A stretch of 64,000 nucleotides of DNA from Mytilus trossulus (taxonomy: Eukaryota): positions 66,526,001-66,590,000 of the forward strand of contig NC_086381.1 in assembly GCF_036588685.1 (NCBI RefSeq). Reading direction: 5' to 3'. Every line of letters starts with the position of its first letter. Position 1 is the first letter of the stretch. Under the pieces are notes generated by a model. That model did not search any database. It was not told the DNA's origin and saw nothing but the letters and a program-made list of their open reading frames with translations. The position numbers were made by a program, and so were the translations under genes. Below are positions 28,263 to 42,000 of this stretch, one piece after another.

Positions 28263-31200
28263 TTTGCCGAATATAGCTAAAGTGTCATATTCTTAGGATA
28301 CACAATACTTATTATTTGACAAATTCAAAGTTTTAATTATATCGATTGCTGTATATTTTACACTATATCAATGATAATATATTAAAAATGTATAGGAATT
28401 TGGTATTTGTTGTCAAAATTATTGTATTTGAAACTTAATATGTACTTTTTCATTTGATATTTTTCTATCTAATAGTATGTTGTTTTTGTAGGGCTTTTTA
28501 ACGAGGGTGAGTGTTTCATTTTTCATAATTTTCTGATGAATCAAACGTTGGTTTCTTTTATAGAAGATCGATACTTTACATTAGGAAGAAAGTAATAAAA
28601 ACAGAATGTATGATTAACTTGCCAATTTAATCAGAATGCTTCATTACTAGTTCTTTTTAATTACATGAAATTGAAAAACGATCTAAATTACACATGAATT
28701 TAAATTCTCTTGCAAATTGTAATTAATTACAAGTTATTACAATTATTAGTCATAACTTTTAGTTGATTTTCTCACAGACATCAGTGACGCTCGAATATAA
28801 ATAGGAAAAAAAATTAAATAAAGTACGCATTTTAATAGCATTGAGGATCCAAAATTACGAAAGGTTTTGCCGAGTACAGCTAAGGTGACCAAATCCTGGG
28901 GTACAACATACTCGCTAGTCGAAAAATTTTTAAATCAATTGCTTTATATAAAACACCATATCAATGATAATATATTAAAAATGTGTAGGCATTTGGTATT
29001 TGTTGTTAAAATTATTGCATTTTAAACTTGATATGTACTTTTTCATTAGATATTTTCCAATCTATGTTGTTTTTGTAGGGCTTTTTAACGAGGTGAGTGT
29101 TTCATTTTTCATAGTTTTCTGATGAATCTAACGTTGGTTTCTTTTATAGAAGATCGATACTTTACATTAGAAAGAAAGTAATAAAAACGAAATTTATCAT
29201 TATTTGACGATACTTAACAGTGCTGAATGTGCATGATTCATCACTAGTTCTTTTAAACTACATGAAATTAAAAAAAAGATCGAAATTACACATGAATTTA
29301 AATTCCATTTCATCTTGTAATTATTGAAACGTTTTTGTAATTATAAGACAAAACTGTTAGTTAATGATCCTACAGACATATACATCTGGTACTGACCGTT
29401 TCAAGAATTGTTTAAAAGAACATCAATCAATTTTAAGAAATAATTGACTTTTAAATAAAAAAGGAAGAAGTTATCTTTCAAAAAATTACTTATTGGTGAA
29501 TCTTTCGATACGCTCTTGTTAAGAATTTTAGCATTGCGTAATCAGAAAATAATTTCTACAATTTTAAACTCGACTTCGGTGCTTTATTATTAGAAAGGAA
29601 GCCATATTAACTTACCTGGATTCACAATCAATGTACCTCTTTAACTAAAATGATCTTCTGTTATTGAAAAATGAGGACAAAATCAATATAGAAAGAGCAA
29701 AATTTATAGAAAAAGGGTTTTTCATATGATAAATACTTTAAACTAACGAAAGTAACATCAGTTGGCTAATTGTCAAAGTACACACATTGATGAATGTTAT
29801 ATTTTCAGTATTGATAAAAATGATTACGAATTCGCCGTTTCAGAATATAATGCGTTCTGAAATATATTTTCAAAATCGTAAATCAGAATGATGAGATTGG
29901 CTTACAGCGTCCCAAACAATTGAAATTCAGCCAAAGACATGACGTCGTTTTGTATTTTGGGGAATGAGCAATGAAATTACCACGAATGCATTAAAATCTG
30001 AAACGCCAACTTGTTGAGGATACGTCAATGTGATAGTAAACCAACTGCATAAAGAATCAACACACAACTTAAGGTCTTTCAAAATAAACTGGAGTTCTAT
30101 GGAGTAAACCGGGCTCTGAATTTCATCGTGTCTAAGCTTATTGTGATTAAGTAAAAAAAAAATTGCTGTTGATTCATATTTGTTTGTGGATACTATTTTT
30201 CGTAGATTGAAGATTTCTTGAATATTTTATTTCGTGGGTTTTCCAAAATCGCCCTTATAATCCTGTTAAAAATGTATATTTCTTTTAGTATCAAAATTTG
30301 TAATTGGCATCACTAGTAGCCCGATTTCAGTCTGAAACGGTCATTTTGGTCTGATCACATCTTGATTGACTCGATTTACCGCTAGAGAAATTCGTCCAGA
30401 TATTTCAGATCGTTAAGTCGCCGTTCGGATCGATAGCCTCATCAGGTAAATCAGTTTGTTAAGACATGTCAAGACGCAAAAGACTGAATCGTCTAGCGGG
30501 TTGTTTAGACCCGTTAAGACCGTGTCAGACCAAAACAGACCATGGATACAAAATTACGTTCAAAATGTTCAGACCCTGTTTAGATCCGTTCAGTATACCG
30601 GTTTGATAACACGAGTTGCGCCCCTTCTACTCGATAATGCATTTTAGATTAATATGTATATATGTTTTTCAATATTGGGATTTGTTTGAAGTATATTTTT
30701 ATTATTTAAAAAATAAATAATCTTCTGTTGATTCTTTATTTCGTTCTTGTTTTGTCGAGGAACTTATAAATTATTCGTCTATATATGTTGCTTATTTTTT
30801 AATAAATGTTAGTTTATATAAATATATATTGGTAATTAAATGCAAGGACGTATGTTAATTGTATACACACCAGAATGTATGCCATAAACCTTAAAATGTT
30901 GTGAACACCGGTGAAAATGTTTTTCGTATTTGAAGATTAGTAACGGAAAATCCTAAACGTAACCTAAAAAAGTTAAGGATCCACAGAAATGCAGCGGAGG
31001 CAAATTAACACATGCATATTTTTGTTTTATGTATGAGATTTGCTGTAATTCGTTTTCTGTTGATATATGTCCTAGTTAACCGTTGAAGCTGTTGCTATTT
31101 GTTTGCATGTTTATTTTTTTTAGTGCGATTTACTCTATTTAAGTTGGAAAAAAATATTTCCGACATCCGGAAATTCGAAAAAAGACTTCTCGGATCCCGA

Positions 31201-32574
31201 AACCTGATCATCATAACTACATTCATTCAGTCTCTGTCGGGACGGTGCTAAAGTATCACCGTATAGAAATTTGTATTCAAACAATGTATCCTTATAATAT
31301 TTATTTTCTAATCCATATGATAGGTATATTGTACTTAGTATATGGCGTTAATTTGAACAAAATCTGTTTTAGTTAAAATGGTCGAGTTCGTTGGCACGTG
31401 CTAGTAATCAACCGGGTCAACAGGTAACAAAATCAATGATCCGTAACGTAAGAAAGTACATGCCTATTATATATTACAATTACTCTCATCATCATTCTTA
31501 ATAGAAAGGTGCCGTAGGGCTAAACGTTAATAAAGAATTAATGAATTTGTGTATACACGTATTAATGATGTCTGGTCGTCAGTTTTCAATATACATGCTT
31601 ATGTTTCAAGTTTTTAAATTGAGCAAAAAAACATGAACTGTTCGGAAGTTTGTTAAGTATTCAAAAGAAACTTTTCGCTTCTCTACTTATATAGTTTAGA
31701 GAGTATTCCTTTAAATTGTGTCAGTTAAATAAAGTAGTGTGTATGTGTATTCTATTTATTTTGCTAATTGTATCATTATAATATACATTTTGTATTTCAC
31801 TACTATATATGCTTTAAGTTGTAGTGTGATTGATTGTTGGTAGTTTAAAGTCCAGTGGCAAATATTTCATGCATTGTCAGGACCAGCTGTAAGTTAAAGA
31901 CATATATGGAACTCATCGGTGTAGTTTTCACGTGTTATAATATATAACAGAATAATTAATTTCTAAAATATCGTAACATAAAGGAGGCAAGGCGCATGGA
32001 TTACCCGCACTTATCAGTTCTTTTCCCTGTTTTGTCTTAAAAAAATAATGTTATTTTTTTTTTTTTTTTTTTTTTTTATATGTTTATATAATTTACGATA
32101 ACTGCGGTGTATACGTGCTGTCAGACGAAAGAAACAAAACAAAGAAAATAACTTAAAATTTGCAATATTAGTGAAAATAAATACAGGCATAACTTTCATA
32201 ATTTATTTTAACGTTATTTTCAATAAATTTTAAATTCTCGTTTTAACACCTATTTGAGGCACGTATTTATGGTTATATTTCCATATGTCCATGGTCTATC
32301 CCAGACGTAAAATTTTAAAAAGTGATAATACTTTTTTTTAAAGATTTTACTTTTAATTGTTCTCTTGATTAAAACACACTCGGGAATAGCAAGACAGTTT
32401 ACCAAAAGAGAAGTGGGAATTTTACTGATTTTTTTTTATCATATACTAGTATATTTCTGATAGTTTTTCCGACCTCTCCACCTATTTTCAAACTTGAAAG
32501 GAGACCTCTTTTATCCGCGGCACGAGTCTGGAACATGTACAAATGGCAGTTGCAAGTAATAGCTATATAAATAT

Positions 32575-32712
32575 AAAAGAGAAGATGTGGTATGATTGCG
32601 AATGAGACAACTGTCCACAAGAAACCAAAATTACACAGACATTAACAACTATATGTCACCGTACGGCCGTCAACAATGAGCAAAGCCCATACCGCATAGT
32701 CAGCTATAAAAT
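32575..32712 (+). repeat. Abundant short dispersed repeat (agatgtggtatgattgc.aatgagacaact...)
   Basis: Inverted copies occur at ~52860-53005, ~53975-54125 and ~56960-57060, with degraded copies at ~12120-12200 and ~60050-60090. Confidence 0.7.
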
Positions 32713-33149
32713 GCATTTCAAAGATACTATAATTAGAATAAAAGGTTATAGAGTATAACGTACTTACAACATATGTCATCTTGTAGAATGTGATTTCACA
32801 AATATATTATTTTCAAATTCGCAGTCTTAGTCAACGTAAAATCGGTTACACACATTTTTCATGCTATAAATCCATTTCAACAATATCATTTCAAACACAC
32901 ACTAGCTTGCCTTTTCATTAATTTAAATAATACAAATTCAGCTAAATTTTGTTTATTCCCATCAACAGAGAAATCTCACACTTATCCTAGACGTTAATAA
33001 TACTCATGCACTTCAATTTTATTAAACAATTTATTGATACGGATGACAACGCTTTAAAAATACGGTTACATCAGGGTGTAAAAAACGGAAATTTGTTTTA
33101 ATTTGAATTCAAAGATAGATTAAACGGTAGCTTTAATAGTGAAATGTAC

Positions 33150-33465
33150 TATTTTTTGGAGACTCGCCTAAATGTATGTTGCATAGATGTATTTGACCCC
33201 AACAATTTTATTTAGATCATGCTGTAAATTATATTTATAAAACCATTCATTTGTAAATTCCGCATATATCTACTCACTGTTTGAATATAGAAACTTATCG
33301 ATTTTCTAATATTGAAACATATCCGAGATTTTGTAATATGTGTGATAAACAAGAAATTGAAGATGAATATCATTTTCTTTTAGTATGTGAAAAGTATAAT
33401 GAACTTCGAAAGAAATTTATCAAACCATATTGTTGGAGGAAACCGTCGAATCATAAACTTTTAAG
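33150..33465 (+). mobile_element. 3' fragment of a non-LTR retrotransposon (LINE ORF2 C-terminal Cys/His domain) nested in the CACTA element
   Basis: CKFRI/STHCLNIETYRF...RFCNMCDKQEIEDEYHFLLVCEKYNELRKKFIKPYCWRKPS matches the recalled C-terminal pattern of invertebrate LINE ORF2 (HxLxIETGR...CxxC...IEDEYHF...C..Y..LR). Frameshifted. Confidence 0.8.
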
Positions 33466-36059
33466 ACGATCAATGCATTTAAATGGGGACATATAGTTGG
33501 AACTCGTACCTTTTTTTGTGCTCATGCATTGATCTTCCAAAAAGGGAGGGGGGGTCCAATCACAGGAACAATTTTTACAAGCCCAAATTCTTACTTTGCC
33601 TTTGAACAAGTTACTGTGCAAGAATGTTGTGTATTAGAACGTCGATTCATACCTGTATGCACAAATGTAACAAATGTAAACATTTTTCCTTCGAACTCTT
33701 GGCCGGATCAATGATTATTCTCATGTCCGATAGGCATGTTTTAAAATATCATTCATTTCTACTCACCAATGGTAATTTCCAGCTCAGCTAATATTGTGCT
33801 GTAGTGTCCATCTACCATGTCAACGATTTTGTGTAAAATAAATTTGCCATTTGAAGATGCCGACATGCGATAAGTAAAGATCTAGAGGGTACGGTAACGT
33901 TAAATCGTTTACGGGCGTATTTTCCGTGTTTAATCAAACTTGTCAGATTTGATTAATTATCGTCGGAAAATGTCCCTCATGGGTATAGTAATTCAAATTA
34001 AACCAGCTTTACTATGCTGTATGCATGTAAACCTGGTCTTTAAATGTACTTCAGGTACACTGGCCTTTTTCTGCTATAATAATCAAAATTATGAAAGGCT
34101 CTCGAATTATAGACTAATTAAAAAATAAAGATGAAAAGTCAAACGCATGAGTCTGGCAAAAATGAACGGACAATGGCATGACAGTAAACGGAAAACGAGA
34201 AAAGACATAGATTCTAGTTATATATATATATTTTTTTTCCCTGCCTCAAATTTACTCAAATGCAATTTATATAGCCAACATTAAAAGATAAATGAGAATG
34301 CATTCATTTACAATATTAAAAAATGTTACATCTTAAATTTAATTAAACATAATTATCAAGATCACGCGTTTTCAAGTGTTCACGGCCGACATCCGTAATT
34401 ATTTAATAAGGGTGTAAAAATTATCTATTGCGTCAACATGACAAATTTTTCACCACTTACGACAGTCTGTAATTGCAAAAAACATGTATTGTAATCACTT
34501 GTAAACCTTTAACATAAAGGTTCAGGTGCTTACATTCAATGAATAAATGTTATTTCGGCAATCTGTTGATTTTTTTTAGTCAATTTGCGGCGGTTTGTTC
34601 AGCAGTATGACTTTGAGCTACTTTTAAAAAAATACAAAACATGTTAAATAGGATGTAGTAAGAATTCAAATTGAATATTTTTTTTATTTAATTAACACGA
34701 TTAAAGGAACGTGGTAGACTTTCAGTAAACTTAAACCGTCTTCTTTCTAATTTTTATTTTATTTTTAAAAGGGGAGCAACCCCTGATAAACAATGGGAAA
34801 GTTTCACTCGTTTTGTGTCCAAATGATTAAAATCTGAACACGACTGGACACGGTCTGACAACATCTTGACGTAACTTTGTATCCATGGTCTTTTTTGGTC
34901 TGACGTGGTCTTAACGGATCCAAACAACCCGCTAGACGATTCAGTCTTTCCCGTCTTGACACGCCTTAACGAACTGATTTACCTGATGAGGCTATCGATC
35001 TGAATGGCGACTTAACGATCTGAAATATCTTGACGAATTTCTCTAGCGGTAAATCCAGTCAATCAAGATGTGATCAGACCAAAATGACCGTTTCAGACTG
35101 AAATCGGGCTACTAGTGCATATACCTACGAAATGCACGAAAATTGCTACCTTACGAATAATATTCAAGTTTTGAACAGTGGTATACTACTGTTGCCTTTA
35201 TTAAGCATCTGTCAATATGTAATATTTGTGACTGAAATGCATTAAAAAAAATGGATCAACTTTTCACAAGATTCCTGATTTGCAACAGTCACGTGCAATA
35301 CTATCATTTGGAATTATTTTGTATTAATTGAAGATTTGTATATCTAATTAGTTTGATATCTGTGTATGGCTGTAAATATTCGGTATTCTGAATATATTTC
35401 ATTTACTTATATCATGTTGGTTATTCATCTAGTATGTAAACCCAAACAACTATAATACTGATGCTTTGGTTATTCCTAATTGTTGTAGATGCTTTGCTTT
35501 CTTTATAATCATGAAATAAGGATGCGTTGTTTTCTTTATAAACTTCTAATGGACATCTTATTGATCTAGTTTTTAAATTAAAAGCTTGGCTTTGGTAGAT
35601 CTTTGGAATTTGTAATATAAAACAAATGGTAAATGAGACATTAAAATTATGTTATGCTCATGAATAATTTGAATGTACAATCTGTTTTTCTTCAAAGATG
35701 TTGTGAATACCAAGGTGTTTTGTCTTTTTGTCTGTGTCCATTAACAACATTAACAGATAGATTATCAATATCAGATTAATGAAAATCACAGAGTGGAATA
35801 AATATTAGTGTTGGTTTTAAGTGTTTCTGATGAAGATCAAACAGAAATCCCCTGAGGAATAACACAATTTGTAGCGCGGAAAAGAGAAAACCTTCCATTG
35901 TATTAACCATTTTAATTCTACTATGAAAAAAATGTAACAATATTTAACATATAAAAACAAATATGCTGATCAAAACAATTTCCAATGTTGTCACAATAAG
36001 AGGATATTTCTAAAATCATGTATTGTTTGTTTTCGAAAATTTTAAATAGAAATATTCGG

Positions 36060-39000
36060 TCAATCAAAAATTCTTTTTTCGCATAAAAATGCGCCTTTAT
36101 AATTCAACCATAGGTCATGCCATTTATAACCATCAAACTTTTTCATACCAATCACTTCAGTCTGACCTGGGTTACCACTTGAATCAGGTTGTGTTGAATG
36201 CCAATTGAAGTAAGTAATGATTGATCCATCACTGTATCGCCAATGCTCTTCTGCGATTAGATGTGATCCTTGAAACATTATCCAACTGGTAACATCAAGA
36301 TAATCTAAAAAATATTGTACAAAACAATAAGATTGATTTTCCAAACATCTTGGTTTTAAATGACGAAAAGTATTTTTTTATTATTTGAAATTTAAAATAA
36401 GGATTTCTGATACGATTGTGAATGAGCCTGCCCTCTTAAAAAGTAAAACAACAAAAATACCGAACTCTAAAGAAATTTCAAAACGGAATGTCCCTTGATA
36501 ATTGGTAAAATCAAAAGCTCAAACACATCAAACGAAAGGAAAACAACTGTCATATTCCTGACTTGGTACAGGCATTTCCTAATGTACAAAATGGTGGATT
36601 TAACCTGGTTTTGAAGCTAAAAAGTACACAATATAAATTGAGAATGTGTATATGGGCCTCAGATGCCCCGCTTGTAAATATGCATAAGTCAATTGATTAA
36701 GTATTCCATTTATAAAGGGGCATAACTCGAGAACGGTAAAACTGACGCCACCCAATTTCAGACTTGTTCTATGTTTTGTGGTAATAAGCAATGTGTATAA
36801 GTTTCATAACATTTTGTTGAGGCAAACCAAAGTTAGAGACAAGAAACGACAGATTAAGTATTCCATTTACAAAGGGGCATAACTCAAGAACGGTAAAAAG
36901 AGACGCCACCCAATTTCGAACTTGTTCTGTGATTTGTGGGAATAAGCATTGTGTATAAATTTCAGAACATTTAGTTGAGGCAAACTGAATTAAGAAAACG
37001 GAATCGAACAATTCAGCAATTTTCAGCAATATTTATGTTTAAAAGGGAGCATAACTCAAGAACGGCAAAAGTGATGCCACCCTATTTCAAACTTAATCTG
37101 TGATTTGTGATTATAAGCATTTTGTATAAGATTCATAATATTCGGATGAGACAAACTAAAGTTAGAAAATGGAAACGAAAAATTCAGCATTTTTTATGCT
37201 TATAAAGGGGCATAACTCATGAACGGTAAAAGTGACGCCATCCAAATTCAAGCTTAATCTGTGATTTGTGACAAGGGTAACACTTAATGCCCCCTCCGTT
37301 ACGGCGGGGGAATCAAAATGTAAATAATTGCAAGTCGTCAAACATTGAGCAAAATTCCTCCTGTAAAAATAAGAAGAAACAGTAGATGAACCATGTTTAA
37401 ATCGCATACATTTTTTATGCATTCAGAATTTACAAATCAAGGTAAAATTAAAACTGTAAGGAATCGTATGCACTCCAAAAGGAACGAAACTGGGAGCGTC
37501 GAAAGTGTGCGCGTTTTATACTTTGCATTTTCATACAAAAAATTGCGTGTCAGGAGCACATTCCTGTTAATGAAGAACGTAAAATAGCAAAACACACGTG
37601 CTTAACGTATTAAAAGTGATATGTAAACGTCATACAATGAGACAAAGGGTACTTTAATACTGAAAAATTAATAACCTGACAATATCAAAGCTGAAATCAT
37701 CAAGTTTGTTTATGGGTAAATGTTTGAAGTCGTCAATTTTTGTGGATATCAAAATTTCATCAAGATAGCAGCCTATCATCCATTTCCTGTAGTTTCCATG
37801 ATTTCAAGTGCACTGGGACTTATGGGTCACATGTATGCACTGACATATAGGTTACAGAGTGACAGAACTTCGTAAATATATCTGAAAGTGAAGTTAAAAA
37901 GCTTGTCGATATGTTTTTATTTCTGTTTTAGAGGGTTATGTCATCAAGTAATCAAGGCAGGTCCTGGGATGACATGTTTTTATGTTTTTACGCTTTTCGA
38001 TGGAGAACTCCTAATCATAACAACAACAATAAAAACCACTGGACCATCACGTTACAATGGTTAAACATCTTAGTTAGGGCTTAACCCCCAATAACGTGAT
38101 ACAGTGATTGTGGAAATACACATATTAACGTATTTATCAATGTATTCTTTTCCCAAATAATTAATTTCCATCATTTGTTCATTGGAAAAAATCTAAAGAA
38201 ACAAACCAACATTTTGCTATTTCAGATCCTGACGGTTAGTCAATGTTTTGGTTCTGCCATGATTTATAACATATTTTGTTTTAAATTTGGAAGTTGATAA
38301 ATAAATAAATGACTAAGAAACTAAGGTTCGAACTCTTCCAAGAAAAAGTTTACCTCAGAAGAATTTGGTAATATTATTGGTCCCGTATGGATATATAACT
38401 CATAACGTTTCTTCTTATACTAGTGATTCATTTATTTTCTTAGATACTAATTTTCGTGGATTGATTTACCACGAGTAATAATGAATCTACAAGCTATACA
38501 TTCCGTGCTGTCAAATGTTTTATTGGAGTCTTTCTTAAGTAGTGTTATGTAAGAAGGTGCTTTGGACGCATCAAATTAATAACGTTTTAATTTGTTGTTT
38601 CACAATAATATTGTAAAGGACTAAAACGTAAAAATATAGTAGTAAAAAAACCCAACCTAAAGGTGTACAAGATAAATTAAAAACTTTATCAAGGTTATCC
38701 CATTAGCAAGCATACCGCATCTTCCTATTTTCATAAATAGAATTTATTTTGCACGATTCATTTGATACAAATTATCTACTCTACCCGCCTTTAACTTAAG
38801 ATATTTACCAAGAAATGTAACAATAAAAAGCTGTTTCTCTTCAGAATCTATTCTCATCAGTTCCGCTCCTTCGAGACCACATTTTGAATCATACTCTGCA
38901 GACTGCAATGCAGTATCTTTACCATGAATCTTATAACAACTCTGAATCGTTTCACTATAGACGTAACCACTTCTTTTTGGGCATCGACCTGTAATTCAAA

Positions 39001-42000
39001 GTATTTTTGTGTTAGTAAATTTGTAGAAATTAGTTTTTCACCAAATAGTTTGCCATGTTAACAGTGATTTATGAATAAAAATCAATGGTTGACATTACCC
39101 CTACATAAATAGTTTAAAAACAATAAATACTCGACGGAATAACAATACCTAGAATACTCCATTCACATATGTTAATCCGAATAAAGATAGTTTCTAAATC
39201 ATTTACCCCCATGCAATATTAACAACACTGATCCAAATAGAACCTAATGGAAGATTGCGAGTTGATAGCAGATATCGGAAGTAACCTCATAGTGCTAATG
39301 CATTTCTTATTTGTACAGTTAATTGTATCTCTTCAACTTCTCTCCGTAGAAATGATATATTACAATCATTTTACAAAAATGAAGAAAAAAAATATTCAGC
39401 GAACGATTTTTTTTTTAATTTACATTTAGAATAACAAAGAACATAGTTAAACAAATCATTATGATTGCTACTACAATGTAACTTTGTTTCGATATTGATC
39501 TATCTTTCAAGATTAAACTACAATTTTAAGGATGTTTTCTAATTTGCTTCAAAATACCAAGCTTTAGCAAAATCTGTTATAAATTGATAGAATATAAATA
39601 ACAGACAAAAAAAACAACAGAATAAAATAAAAGGTTCGTGCCCAGGTTCATAAGATATAAGCCAGTGAAAATGTGGCGGGAAATGAATAGCTCTATACTT
39701 TTCATACCTATAACACTGATTCCTATTTTCTTTTCAGAACTATGAAAATAACAAGGATTTTATAAGATTCTGAAAAGTAGCGGTGAGCGGGCAACATGTG
39801 TAATGGTACTATATGGATAAAAGCAGAGGATTCCGTATATCTAATAAAAAAATAAAAACAAGAACAGCAAACATCCTACAGTCACTTTGAACGTTTTCAA
39901 GCTAAAACATTTTCAATTATGTTATAATGATTACACAAACTGTTTATATAAAACATGCTAAGAAAAGAATACAATGCTTTCAGAAAATAAATCGACCTAA
40001 TCCTTGTATCTTAAATTAAAAATGATAATTTCACCTACTACGACTGTTTCTTATGTTTTAGTAAATCTATATATTCCTCCCCTATACCTCTCGCAAATGT
40101 AGAACAACCAAACATACAGCAATACGCACAGTAAAACTCAGTTTAAAATAAGTCCGAGTCCGATGTCAGAGTAGGTTACAAAAGAAACTAAGCAAAAGCA
40201 CAATGATACATAAATTAACAAAAGACTACTGTCAGTTACTGATATGCCAGCTCCAGACCTCAATTACACTGATCGAAATATTATGTCTTCATCTTTGAAA
40301 ATCAAGCACACTCCCTCTTGTTTAGGTTCATAGGTTTAGTATCATACCATCAGAAAATATATGAGAGGAACATAATCCGTATCATGCCAACAACTGGTTT
40401 TAGAATTGATGTGTTTATTTCCGATGCAAAGACCCTATGAGTGAATCAATGTTATTACCAAATCCATTGAGTGTATATTTTATGCACCTCATTAATCTCT
40501 TTCGTTTATTTGAGAAAAAAGTATAATAACCTAATGCAATTTATATAACACATATTGTTTAAATAATTCGAATGGAATCTACATCTTTTATAAAGTTTTA
40601 TGTATTATAACTTGACATTGTGATAATGAACGTAGATATCATTATTATATACACATGTGTGCTTGCGTGGTCTTGCAGCGGTTTACTCACGTCAAACGTG
40701 GGAGGTTTAGATACAAGCATCTTTAAAAAATAGATGTTACCAAATTTGTTTTCGCTATCCACTATAATAGCCAAACATTGTCGGTTTGGAGTCTAAAGAA
40801 AAGAGAAATATTTTCTGTTGACTGGTATTTTCTGTTTTATCTTTTAAACAACCTGGTGCATATCATTATTCTAATGCAAATACGTAGCCATGTCTTTAAC
40901 AACCGATGGTCTCGAGTTTCCATGAAATATTTATGTGAACTATTAACCATATCTCCCTTTACATCTATCATTAATCCCTTTTTACACATTTTATAATTCC
41001 TCACATAGTTAAGATAATACACTTAATAACTTTGATGCGGTTTTTTTTACAATGTCGAACTACGTAATAGATTTGGATCGAGCTCAACTAATGGGTCTTA
41101 TATGGACAGAACGCGCTAGATTGGTATCTTAGGTTAGTTTACAGCAACTGCGTCGGTGCCTTTATTGATGAACGTATCGTCCCCAAGAGTATCACCATCC
41201 CAGTAGCCAGCACTTCTGAGTTGACATGAAATACCAATGGAATGGTCATTTCAGTAAATGTTTTTGTAACTAAAATTAATAAAATAAACATTATGTTTTC
41301 CCTCCCAAGGCATATAGATGGCCTTAACACTTTTTGGCACAATTTGTTTTCGAAAATTTAGATTTTTTTTTTTATGATCTTTAAATTGGTATTCGGCATT
41401 CTCGCTTCTTATGCAGTATAACCGCGAGTCTTGCTTAATACATCAGTAAACCTGGTATCTGTGTTAAACTTTAACAACTGAACATTAAACAACTAATTAG
41501 CATGATATCAAATTATCTATGATTACCGGGTCTTCGAAAAATAATTTTAAAACTGACCCATGTATTTCACAAACAGAAAAGTAGTTTCACAACGATATAA
41601 AAAATATACGATACATACATTGCTGTTGTAAAACTATTTTCTGTGATTTTTATATTATTCAAATATTATTAATTTCATGTTTTGGGATAACAGTATGGAA
41701 AGGTTTAAAAACAAATCTTAGAACAAATATATTATGGAAACCGTTTAAAATGTTAAAAAATTACATGTTGGGGTTTGGTGAATTTTTTAATTTGCCTGAA
41801 CTTAAAATCATTAATTTTTTTTATACAATGTAGATGTCCACTATATACAGGTTTTGGATGATTTTAACAAACCTCGGAACTACTTTGTTGCCATGCAAAA
41901 GTTTCAAAAAATCGAAAACTCCCCAAACGACATGAATATTTACAGAATTGTCAACTGGTCTGTGTAGATCATGTAGATGTGGCATTTTCATTTGTCAATT

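Larger units (their letters stand above)
14741..29343. repeat. Tandem segmental duplication unit U2
   Basis: Colinear with U1. Lacks ~480 bp of intron 2 (U1 ~3590-4072, junction at ~18390). Has extra sequence at ~20225-20500 and an insertion at ~28070-28262. Confidence 0.95.
30311..35117. mobile_element. Non-autonomous CACTA/EnSpm-type DNA transposon, 4.8 kb, long TIRs, 3-bp TSD (CAT)
   Basis: Begins CACTAGTAGCCCGATTTCAGTCTGAAACGG and ends CCGTTTCAGACTGAAATCGGGCTACTAGTG. Inverted repeats span ~270 bp (30311-~30580 and ~34850-35117). Flanked by CAT on both sides (30308-30310, 35118-35120). The empty site attga-CAT-atacctacga is visible in U4 at ~62381-62398. Confidence 0.9.
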
